Position numbers and translations under genes: made by a program
Part shown: positions 21,935-33,900 of the stretch, in pieces
Layout: every line of letters starts with the position of its first letter
Position numbering within the stretch: position 1 is the stretch's first letter
Notes under the pieces: generated by a model
What the model was told of the DNA's origin: nothing
The model's input: the letters and a program-made list of their open reading frames with translations, nothing else
Databases searched by the model: none
Assembly (NCBI GenBank): GCA_964035545.1
Contig: OZ037772.1
Span: 11,778,818-11,842,817, forward strand
Length of the DNA: 64,000 bases
Direction: 5' to 3'
DNA from: Bugula neritina
Taxonomy: Eukaryota > Animalia > Bryozoa

Positions 21935-22598
21935 TTAGGTATCCGTTTTGGCCAGTTCAGTGTTGCATATCTTACAGTAGAGAGTAAAATAGTGTCCGTC
22001 TTTCCTGACAGCAGTCCCTGACATGTAACATCTCGGGCACCTCAACCTTCTGATTGCCAAGTGCCTCTGCATGAGAGATCCATGAACCAGCTTCCTCGGA
22101 TCCGCTGGTGGCTGGTAGTCAGTCACCAGAAGTCTTTCCAGCCGACATCGGTTCCGGTGTGTCTTCACGCACAGCAGACACTTGTAAAAGCTGCACAATG
22201 TGCACTTACTTATGAACTGATTTACTTTGTACGACTGAGCTGGTGTCCCCTGACACGAGTAGGAGCCACAGTGGAACAAACCTATCTCCGGCAGCAAGGT
22301 TGGTCCTGTCTCTGATTCAGGAGTTCGGTTGAGATGAAGCGTGGTGACGACAGCCGTCCTGTTTATGTGGTCTTCTTTGCTCCTCTGATGGTTAACCACA
22401 TGGTCAAGACATATGAACTCTTCTCCGCACATCAGACACTGGAATTTGCAGCAGACTCTGCAGAAGCTGATGGTATTCTCAGAGCTGTGTTCTGTCTGGA
22501 TGTGTTGTGGACCTCCAGGAGCTCCACATAGGCAGCCAACCAGCGGGTAGCCTGTTGATTGGCTGGCTCCAGCTCTAAGGGGAGGTAGTGCTTCGGCC
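21935..22598 (-). CDS. Cys/His-rich zinc-finger family member (terminal exon); second C2H2 lacks both His
   Basis: YPLVGCLCG..CRVC..FQCLMCGEEF..H..H..NR..C..CQGT..KVNQFISKC..C..YKCLLC..CPRC..CKIC; phase-2 acceptor TTTCAG|GGCCGAA equivalent to that at 26748; upstream exons not found. Confidence 0.75.
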
Positions 22599-22998
22599 CT
22601 GAAATGTACCAAGACATTTGTTACCCACAGTATAATCTTACCATCACGTGTGTGTCAGCCAACCCAACCCGTGGAAGTCGTATTACTAAGTGAGGCATTC
22701 GTGAAGTTTATGCCTACAGAACCATGTCAGACTCTGTCAGCAATTAGTAGCTGCAACCTTTAAAAATCTAGTTTTTTTCAGAATCACAAAGTAGCCAATA
22801 ATATCTCTTTTATAGAGAAAACCCGACAAATTATATAAGTTCTCTACAAACAAACTATTAGCTATTATATATTATAGTTTAATTAGTAAAATCCAAAAGG
22901 AATGATTATTTGTTTATTATGCTAGATATGATCAGAGTAGTCAATTCCTGTGATTGGCAGCTTGAAAATAATATGCATGACTTGAGGTTTTAGCTTAA

Positions 22999-23768
22999 AG
23001 GATTGCTCTATCTTGTCTAATAAATGGCCATTTAGGTCAAACACACATAATATTGTGTTTTTCTAAGCATGCATTGACAAAAAGCATTTGACCAAAGGTA
23101 AAAAAAGTTAGTTGAAGTTGAGGGTGTAGATTGGTAACAGCCAAAACGCCGATTTTTGAAATGAGCTGGGAAATGTGACGTAACAGCGCCAGCATTCCTG
23201 CTGGTCACGTGACTATACAAATGAATAACTATAGAAATATGACTGTGAGATTTAATCTTTCAGCTCGTAATTTGTATATTTATAGAAGTGCAAATGTGAA
23301 TTATCTCAATCTATAGTTTTTTGACATTTTAAATAACATGTATGTGATAACATTAGGCCATATTTTGCTTGCATACATTAGAAAAAAGCATTGCAAAAAC
23401 ATGCATTCTTTAGGATGAATGCCTACAATCGATCTAAACTAGGTCAGATTGTGCAATATTACGGGCACACCAAAGCTGACCTATATAGCGCACTGTAACT
23501 GCTTGAGCGTTATTGGTTGATGTTGTGCCCAGCAACCTTGAATACAAGCGTTATAGTTAGCACGTGCAGCATAGTTACTGGCGTTCACACGTCACGTATT
23601 AGGCTATTCTTTTTCATGGCTGAAAATTTTACCTCCCTCAAAATTGGAATTTTGAAAAGCTGTTTTCTAGGCACATATCCCTTTGCAAAGCCACAATTGT
23701 TTGCATACACATTAGATTATAGTTCATAATTATAATGTGATTGTAATAAACTAAGATTGAGCAATCCT
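22999..23768. mobile_element. Non-autonomous Kolobok-type DNA transposon (MITE)
   Basis: TTAA|AGGATTGCTCTATCTT ... AAGATTGAGCAATCCT|TTAA: ~16-bp TIR (1 mismatch), AG terminus, TTAA TSD (22995-22998, 23769-23772); no transposase ORF. Confidence 0.8.
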
Positions 23769-24587
23769 TTAATGTGTTTTTTTAATGTAGATTACTGAAA
23801 TAAAATAAAATGATATAATTCAAAAATAAACAGAGTGCTAATAAAAATTGAGGTAAATAAATACTCACATTGAGAAGGTTGTGAAAGCTCACTCTTCTAC
23901 AAATCTGTTGATGTTGATGTAAAATGTTGAAACTGTAAATCACTGAAACTAATGCGGCAGCAGGAAATCTGTGAGTTGGGTGAAGGTAAGAAAACTCTTC
24001 TAATATATATTATAAGACCAGCTAAAAGCTCTATAATATGTGGCTTCTGTAGAACACAAAAGCCATTTCTATTAGAAAGAAAGCCTTTCCAAGCCTACAT
24101 TTACTAACTTTTCTCACTAGAGGGCGTAAGCTGCAGCTGCAGATAAATTTATGATTTTAGTTGCAACTTTTAATTTAATAAATAATTCCTTTATCCAAAC
24201 TACAACAGGTCAACATCAAGCATGTCTGCTATAGAGTAAGTATAATTCTCTAACTATTATAGCTAATCATATAAATGCTATTTCAACTTTTAGAAAATAT
24301 TGAAAAGCTAATTCTCATTTAATTAAGTTGCATATATAACAATTTATTTGTGTGAACTACATTTTTCTTCAATGCAATTATTACACCATTCACAACGTAT
24401 AGTTTGATTGCAATATAAATTGTATATCAAATATGATGTTTAAAAATTTAAAATAGCTTTTTTTGATGAAAACTCCAGTTTTTAATTTATAATCTAAAAC
24501 AAAATATAATTTGAAACACATGATGATCCAAGAGAGTACAACTTCTCTAATGTCAGAGGTAATGAAATGCATCATCTGAAATTTTAG

Positions 24588-25203
24588 CCTGTCACGTTCT
24601 TCAAGTTGGCGTAGTTTTGTTGGTTGCGGATGTGGAAAATTGGGAGGAATTGTATTCTCCAGGAAAGATGCTAGCTACTGTCAATCCTGCCAGAACTATC
24701 AATGCTTGGTTTGTGGCGAAGAGTTCTCTCAACTGGTACATCTAGAACGACATCTGTCACTTGATAGTCACATGATGCAGCCAACTTGCTCGACTACCAA
24801 CTACATGAACCGACCGCTAGATTCTCCGGAGTTCCCAGCCCTCAGAAAGGACATCAAACTACTCCGGTGTAAGGGCGACTGCTCCGGAACAGCGAGTGAT
24901 GCATTCAAGCTGAACCAGTACGTCAGCAAATGCAGATTCTGCCAACAATATAGATGTCTTCTGTGTGGACTTCTGCACAAGGAAAGAAAAGTTGTCTCAA
25001 AGCATGTAACCTATTACCATATGTGTAGCCCTCTTTCTGAACCTAGCCTCAGAGTTGTCACTCTCAACTGGGTACTCACTGGTCGACTGAGTGCCAGCAA
25101 TGGGTTGAGTCCGACAGATAGGTTGAGTCTCATTAAACAGTTGAATGGAAGGAAACGTCAAAATGATAAAAGTTCTAAGCTGTCTATTTTAAATACTTTA
25201 TAA
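24588..25203 (+). CDS. Cys/His-rich zinc-finger family member, C-terminally truncated (possible pseudogene)
   Basis: Acceptor TTTTAG at 24587 (phase 2); SFVGCGCG..CQSC..YQCLVCGEEF..HL..H..NRP..DIK..C..CSGT..KLNQYVSKC..C..CLLCG..H...H; final C4 ribbon absent. Possible start mini-exon MSAI(D) ending 24235. Confidence 0.7.
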
Positions 25204-25277
25204 GAGATGTCAGTTTTAAACACTTTATAAGAGATGTCAGTTTTAAACACTTTATAAGAGATGTCAGTTTTAAACAA
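25180..25277. repeat. 27-bp tandem repeat (~3.5 copies)
   Basis: TTTATAAGAGATGTCAGTTTTAAACAC units; supplies the stop codon of the 24588 ORF. Confidence 0.85.
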
Positions 25278-25614
25278 TATATAGCATGTCATAAAATGTT
25301 TAGTTGCCCAATTTTATCTTTACATGAAACCATTTTATGCTATTAAATTCTCACCTTTCTCTGCCCAAATTTTATGTTAATCATGAATACACTGACAAGA
25401 TTTTTCAATACACATGTCCACTGCGTACAATGTTATGCATGATTCTGCATGTTGTCAACACACCTAAACAGACTTGTTACTTTATGGTAGATCATTGTTT
25501 ACAGCACAACACTTCAGTCTTCAGACTGCTCAAAAACTTCACAACCAAAATGAGGCTCAGCAGCTATACTTCATTACACTGAATAAATTGTATAATTAGT
25601 TTAATCGTTCAGCC

Positions 25615-25793
25615 ACCAGAGATAACTATTAGACTGTGTACCATAAGTAGCTATTAGACTGTGTACCTGGGATAACTACTGGGTTGTGTACCAGAAATAA
25701 TTATTAGACTGTGTACCAGAGATAACTATTAGACTGTGTACCAGAGATAACTGTTAGACTGTGTACCATAAGTAGCTATTAGACTGTGTACCA
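25615..25793. repeat. 25-bp minisatellite (~7 copies)
   Basis: ACCAGAGATAACTATTAGACTGTGT units with variants. Confidence 0.9.
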
Positions 25794-26083
25794 AGGAATG
25801 GCAGCATATATAAACAAATTAAGTTATAATTAAATATTAATTAACATGAATTATAAGTGTGATTAATAAATGTAGTGAGCAAATTTATAGTCAAGTTTGA
25901 AATACTTTTTGTGGGAATATAAAAAATTACCTCTCCTGTCCAACTATTACGCATTACAATATCCTTTTCAAATTATGTCAAAGCTCATGTAATATTTTAT
26001 TGATTAAATAATTCAAAAGTATAAAGAAAAATAATTTTCTACAGATCCTTGAACATTTGTGTTTACAGTTGATTACAGAAACA

Positions 26084-27020
26084 CTAGTTGGTAATTATTA
26101 CAATACCACAGAACCTACAGAACAGGTTGTAAGGGCTGGCATGCTGGGCACGTATGGCTGTGCCATGACACTTGCAGTGCTCGCAGCTCAAATTCATCAG
26201 CCAATGATTCTCACTCACAGCCTTAGCAGAAACTGGTGCCAGAGGGTTGACTTCGTGCTGGGCGGTCACGTGCTCCAGAAGTCTGTATCTATCACTGTGG
26301 AACTTAGCACAGAGGAGACATCTGTATAGCTTGCACATCTGGCACTTGCTAATATACTGATCTACTTTACTGGCATCATTGGGAGTGGCCGGACAGTCAA
26401 CTGTGCAATAGAGTAACTTAATGTCATCGGTTAGAGTTGGTGCAGAACCTTGTTTTACTGGTTGGTTGGGGTAGTCTGTAGTGACTCGAGCTGTCCCCTG
26501 GAGGTGATCTGGAGCTCCGTCTTGGTGTCTCAACGCCTCTTCCTTCAAGCCAAACTCTTCACCACACATTAGACACTGGAATCTGCCACAGAACTGGCAG
26601 AAGCTAAGTGTAGAAGTACTGTGGTGGTCAGTTTGAACTATCTGAGGACCTGCTTGGTGGCCACACCCACAGCCAACCAGAGGGTAGGCTTTCCATCTCC
26701 CGGCGAATGAACCCTCAGCTGGTGTCACCCCAGATTCTCCTTCTGCCCTGCAGGAAGTCAAACTCAGTCTATGAGTCTCAACTATCAATTCATTCCGGAA
26801 GTTAAAATTTATTAAATAAAAATTAAAAACATTTTCAATTGTATGTTTGGATTCACACTAGTAACAATGTTATTTCCTAAAATAGTAGTACTGGATTTTT
26901 CATAAAGCCTAAATTAAAATGCTGGTTTTCAATGGAATTGAAGAATATGTCTCTCTAAAAAAGTGTAAAACAAAATATTACTCACCATAAACTATGATAA
27001 TACATTTTTTTGCAGATCGA
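26084..27020 (-). CDS. Cys/His-rich zinc-finger family member; terminal exon 26748-26084 plus 35-nt exon 27020-26986 (SICKKMYYHSLW), further 5' exons likely
   Basis: Complete motif set (YPLVGCGCG..CQFC..FQCLMCGEEF..H..H..DIK..C.VDCPAT..KVDQYISKC..C..CLLC..H...H..CEHC..CRFC); compatible splice phases; upstream phase-0 donor at 27158. Confidence 0.8.
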
Positions 27021-30000
27021 CTGTGTAATGGAAGAAAGTTCAAGTTATCCAACAACAAAACTAAACTGGCTTTTGAAAGTAAATAAAGTTTCGCTCTAAA
27101 AGCTTTATGAGTTTAAATCTAAAAAGTAGCAGAAGTAAGAGAGTAGCTTTCGACTTACATGATTGCTTGATAACTCCTTTGTAGCCTTCTTTGTTAAAAA
27201 TGAAGAAGAAAGTGGGGGGTTTGTATTTTCTACAATAACACATGCATGGTTACTGGCCCTAAGTCTATCAGAGAGTTTCTCAGTCACACTCAATTCTGAG
27301 CTGCTTATAGAGCAATTCTAAGTTATTTCTCTATTCAAATATTTTATTATATTGCTTATAGTTGCTGATAAATATAATGTAATTCATAAAAGAAGTGTTA
27401 TGTGACTGAGCTAAATACTATAAATTTTCATATTTGTAACATAGTTTCGGATATCAGCATTTCTAGAAGCCTAAGGCAACAAGCAATTTAAATAAGTAGA
27501 ACCATCCACTGAACTTAAAAAGTTAATATTATTGAGTTCATCGAAATCATCAAGCTTATCTTTGCTAAGAGAAGAAAAATTAGAGCTGTGATTATTTATG
27601 TAACAGTAAAATAAAATCAATATATCAAATATAATAACTATTACTAATAGTAGTATTAAAACTGTAAATAGTAACTGTAATATGAATAGTTTGCTAATAC
27701 TATAAATAGTAATGGTAATAAACTAATAGTAATAGTAATACTAATTACTAATAAGTAATAGTAAATTTAATATTGAAGTATAAAATAAATTACTATAAAT
27801 ATAGTACAATAATATATTATAGTAGTTATATTTATATTTATATTACACATATTAATATAATTAAATGGTATAAAATATTTTAGAAAGAAAAATCTTCCCC
27901 ATACTTTAAAAGATTTTATATACCTGATAGTTTAGTGTGTCTTCACTGCAGGGTGGAAACTAGATCTTTACTGTCTGAACCAGTAATAGTATTTGAACTG
28001 GGAAGAATTCCAGTAGAGATAATACACATTCTCTGACTGCAACACCAGTATTCATCTGGTTGGAGCATTATGTAATGCTTACAGTTGAATTAGCAGCACA
28101 ATGCTCTTTCCATTACACCATGTAATTATCTGAAACTGAGAACAAAGACTCCTGGACAGGGTACACATTCTGGAGACAGTAAAGAGTAAGTGAAACAACA
28201 TGACAGATGTTAAATGGTCCATTATCACTTAATTTTTTGTTCCTTTCTTAAACCTACAATACAACTGATAATTTAACAAAAATGTAAACTCAGAAGTGCC
28301 TCAGTTGTATTGCTATACTTAGCAACAGATTAGCAAACTCTGTCAATATAGCACCAGGCGAATAGTTTGACCTCCAGTGAAGGCCATTGGTGATGTTGCA
28401 AGGGCATTCATTCATAATTGCTACTGTACCCTATAACATTTTACCATGGGGGGGGGGGTTCTCACAGTGATATGGTGATTTTACACCCATGTGAATTCTA
28501 TTAGAAAATGCTAACATTTATATTTTAAAGGGGCTGAGTTAAAAAATGCAATTTATACAATTTCTAGAATCTAGCATGTCTAACTATATTTCTCAACTCT
28601 GTACTAATCTTCTGTTACAATTACCTTAGCATTAGGGGGATAATGATTAAGCTGTTATAATATATTATCTTAACATAAAAGCAAGAAATAGAAGTGATAT
28701 CTTTCATGTAGCAGAAAATTCATCGTGAGCCCCTTTGGGTGAAGGAAAGCGAAAGACAACAGTATAACTAATAAAAGTATTAGTCAATCACAAAACAGTT
28801 TAGGTGATGTATTATGTTTTATTTTACTAATTAAAGTTTATTATATTATAATATAATGCAATATAACTTATTAAAGTATATTACAATGCAATACAATATA
28901 TTAAAGTATAATATAATACAATATAACATATTAAACAATACATTATAATATAATGAAATTACAAGTATCAACATAATTAAATTTATTGCACTGTATGCTT
29001 TTAGGAAGCCAAAACATTTACAAGGTTATGCACACAAAATCTCATTCTTGGACACATAAATTGTTATCTTCAAATTTTCTAAACTTGCTAAAATGAATTA
29101 AATTTGAAAAGAAACTCAACGTTATTTTAAAAAAATAGTTTGCAATTGGTGTAATATAATGTAATATAATGCATGTTGTTTATTGAAAAATAAAACCAAA
29201 TTAATGAAAAGAGGCAAGACTAATGCTTGAACTAAGACTTCACAGAGATACGTATCAAGTTTTCAATTACAAAAATGTAAATCTTATAGATGGTCAATAC
29301 TTTAAAAAAATTTCATGTAGGTTTCATTCAAAAAGTTTAGTAATATTGCAAGGAATACTGTTAAAAAAAGTTGGGAAAGTCCCATATAGTAGTATTCATA
29401 TGTAAAAGCATACAATATGGATGATGTCATCCTAGATAGATGCTTCCCAGTTAGACGCTAGGCTAAATTTCCCACTTCCTGCACTTCCCAGCTGGAGACT
29501 ATTTTCTTATTTTGGTACAATATATATTTTATGTGCAATTTGTTTGAATATTATTAAAATATATGTCTATTTAAATATAAACTTGAATCAGTTGTTTGCT
29601 ATCTAGCACATGAATAAATTTTATTTTGGTACTTGTACAAAACTATAAACTATGCATGTAAAGTTGGTGATAAGACAACTTCTATATAAATGAAAGTTTT
29701 TACCCATTACAATATAATAATATAATATGTACTATAATATAAAATAATAAAACGTTGCATTTATTTTTACCCTCTTAATAATATAGTTTAGTAAATTATA
29801 TGTAACTTGGCTGATTTTCATCCCAATGTTATATATACATGAGACATTAGGCTAGTGCTATAACTCCTAGACCATGCTGTCCCCATAGTTATAAAACAAA
29901 ACTTAACGCAAATTCCCTTTCTTTTAAAAATAATGGGCATTGTAAATGGAAATTGCATGATTTTAGGTGACTATTTGCACAATTTGTTAGCTTTTAGTAC

Positions 30001-30977
30001 TTGTTAAACCTGCTCTGCCATGTTTACATTCAGTGCTTAGCAACAGCTAGGATTTCAAACTCTCAGAATTCTAAAAATAACAAGATAGCAAAAGTTAATG
30101 CAGTTTGTACAATATCGTTTAAATACGTGCAGTTAGATGTGTGATTGTAACGGGATAAACATAGTTGATACACTTAAAAGACTAAATTTCATGAACATAA
30201 AATTTTATGAAAGCTGCATGTTTCAATAATTATATATAGGAAAATATAACTCACAAATTTTTTTAATGCTGTTTACACTTGAGCCAATTATATGACAATA
30301 GTGGCATTCACAATTGTATTTAATATGCAAACTATGAAACAATAGCACAGGTAATTAAAACATTTAAAGTTATGTAAGCAATTATTTTCAAATGCCTAAT
30401 TTAGAACTTGAAAATAATTGCATAATAACCAAAAGCCTATATCTTGTGTACAGGCTAAGTGCTATACTTGGGCATCGCAACCATTATTGTTTTCAAGTGT
30501 ATACTTTTATACATGCAAAACTTTGCATAATCTAGCTTAAGCTATATTATATCATTAATTGGTACAGCTTTCAGAGGTCAGTGCTTAGAGTGAAGAGTTA
30601 AGTTTAATCTACTTTTAAAAATGCTGACACAGTTAGTCCCTCTCTTGCACAAACTTGCAGCAGAGCTGAAAACTGTTGTCATTAGTCACAGTAAGCGAAA
30701 CTACATTCTTCTATTAAATTCACTGACTTTGTGAGGATGTCAATGGCATTTAAGTACCTGTATGTATTCAAGTATATAAGTATTAGTCTCGCATGATTAA
30801 CTCGAATATTGAATACAGCAAACCTTACGAGTGAGATTAGTGCAGGTTGTGGAACTTCGTTACAGTCTACTACACCAATTGCTTGCTTATCCGATAAATA
30901 ACTGATTCTACTGGGAAAAGTTATTTATTACTCAGTTTTATAACCATGCATGCAGTAGTTTAACTTATGTCTAAATA

Positions 30978-33900
30978 ATGGACGACCTGGAAGATACAGA
31001 AACTCAGAAAGAGAGAAGTAAAATCAAACAGATTCTGACTCTCATAGTACTCTGTGCCGTTCAGTTCTTTGCTATCTCATCTGAGTCTGCTATGTACTCA
31101 TGTTACCAGCCAGCTGCATTCCTGAAAGACATGAATAATGTACAAATAGGGCTGGTGTTTTCTTCCTACGAGCTAGCAAGACTGCTAGCTTCTCCAGTGG
31201 CTGGCTTATTGGTATGTATCACAGAAAACAATGAATAACTTATACTATATATATAATCTATAAACGGGTTACTTATGTGGCATATATTATGATGTTTTGT
31301 TTTATGTCATTTCCAGCATGTTTTGAGACTACTTTAGCCTTTTTTGGGTGGTGCCTGTTTTTTAATCACAGTAGATGCAATAATTTCATTATTATAGTTT
31401 GATAATAGTTTCAGTAAGTTACCCAGTAGGTAATCAGTTATATATAGTATGTTATTATATAGCCAAAGCACAAAAAATTGAACCTTCAATAAATGATTGC
31501 CAGTTAGTATACAGTGACCATTCCTGCAAGGGCCTTTATGGGAATTATGAAAATTTAATTTAGCAATTTATAAATCCACATTAATTTTAACCAGATATAC
31601 TGTCCAGCACGTTTAACTTCTATAATAAGCTATATATAAACACAACATCATGCCACACAATAGAACCTGTAGCACCATGTCATGTAGAACATGCCACACC
31701 ATGTCATGTAGAACATGCATGCAGCCTTATGCCATTTGTCATCTTTCAGATATAAGTTTGATAAACATTTCACCTTCAGTGGATGTGAACAATGTCGTAT
31801 TACACATAAAGCCTCTCAAGGTTGAATGCCGTATTATACAATCATTCAATTTCTATAGAGATTTAAGCTAGCCAAAGCCTAGACCTCTCCCTGCTATCGC
31901 TACATGCATGTAAAGTTTACAACCTTATGCTTGCAGTACAGAAAAAAAATAAGACCTAATTTTTTTTGACATCGTCGTTACCCTGCAGAGCTTTAAACTT
32001 ATGACCTAGCAATTACAGGGATGACACTCTACCCTTTAGACTGTGATTGCTTTTAGTTGTATCTATAGTACTAAACTGATAACAGCCATATAATTACAAC
32101 ATATATCACTTTGCTGCCATTAACATATTGTCAGTTTCCACATTCAGGTTGCAAGAATAACTCCAAAAAAGATAGGACTATGCGGAATTCTAATAACAGG
32201 AGTCATGTGCATTGCTTTTAGGTGAGAGTTGTGTTTTCTCATAAAATAAATAATCCATGTAACTGATTGCTTTAAGCATCAATGTGTATCAACTCTAAAA
32301 CAAAAATGTATAAATAATTTCTATTTTGTAAAAATAAACAAAAACATATTTGTTTCAAATGCATATATTTTACGTGATTTAGTTTAGCTTACTATGCCAG
32401 CAACTCTTACTACTTTCTACTGTGCATGGTGACGCGATTTCTTGCTGGAATTGGAGCTGCATTTACCACAGTTTCTGTGATGACTCTAGCCTTGAAATCT
32501 GTCAGATTCATTAAAACAACAAGTATAATGGTGAGTGTGGTCAGATAATCAGGGTTGGGTGCCAATTCTGTGTTTACTAAGCAGTTGTGTTCTCTTCAAA
32601 TAGAAAAAGTAGCATTAATTGTGTGATCGAATGCATATAAAAATAAAAATGTACCACCTATAATATCTAGTAATTTTATAGTAATAAAAAATTGTATCAG
32701 TCAGTTATATTTTCTCCTAATAGCTATAAATCCGGTTAGATATACCTCGTTTTAGCAACTTATGCATATTGTATAGTTGTATATACTTTATAATTTACGT
32801 TATATAATGTTATTTTTACTATTGTTTATTATATGTCCTAGTTTTCAAACAAGATTAATTTTCAATTTCAGCAAATTATGATTATATACATTGTCTTATA
32901 TATAACCCTTATTGCATATTATATTATAAATCTATAAGATATATAATTTGCTTCATAATATTAACATAATATTATCTTTGATTGTATAACTTAAAAATGT
33001 TTTTGTATATCATCAAACACTAGTGACTAGAATATTGTACTATTATTCAATATTTAGTCTGACTCCTTGAAGCAGGGTTAAGTTTTAGTATTATTTGTAA
33101 AGATATTTAAATGATTGAAGAAGAAAAAGTTATGATATATATTAGCTATTTATAGAAAAAATGAAGTGTTTGTGAAACTATACACACAATGTAATTAATG
33201 TCTTTACTGTGACGACAGGGAATAGTAGAAGTAGCAGTTGGGGCTGGACACACAGCTGGACCAGCCATCGGAGGAGCTCTGTATGAGGTCAGTTCATGTT
33301 ATAGGCAGCAGGTTATACTTGTCAGCAGTTCGTGTAGGCAGCAGGTTATACTTGACAGCAGTTCGTGTAGGCAGCAGGTTATACTTGTCAGCAGTTCATG
33401 TAGGCAGCAGGTTATACTTGTCAGCAGTTCGTGTAGGCAGCAGGTTATACTTGTCAGCAGTTCATGTAGGCAGCAGGTTATACTTGTCAGCAGTTCATGT
33501 AGGCAGCAGGTTATACTTGTCAGCAGTTCATGTAGGCAGCAGGTTATACTTGTCAGCAGTAGCAGAGCAGATTACCTTTTGCTGCATACCTATTAGATTT
33601 GGTATAATTAAAATGATGATATTATATTCACTCAGATAAAAAATTTCCAAGTGAATTTAAGCATTCTTTCAATTTTAAAAGTATATTGGATTTATACAGT
33701 GAGTATTTTATGAAATGATAATATATATGATTTAGTAGCCTATATATTTGCATTGTGCGGTACGCTCTTCATTTATAGTGAAAACTTAAAATTGAGTTTT
33801 TTTCAACCTTTGATTTTGCTGACCTTAATCCTTCATAATTGTAAATTATTCACACTGTAATTTTTTGTCCCTAAAATGCAGTGTTACTATTGCAGCTTTA

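Noticed and set aside
27920-28170. N-domain exons upstream of the 26748 zinc-finger copy
   Set aside because: Splice-like signals exist but all frames have stops and none resembles the N-domain.
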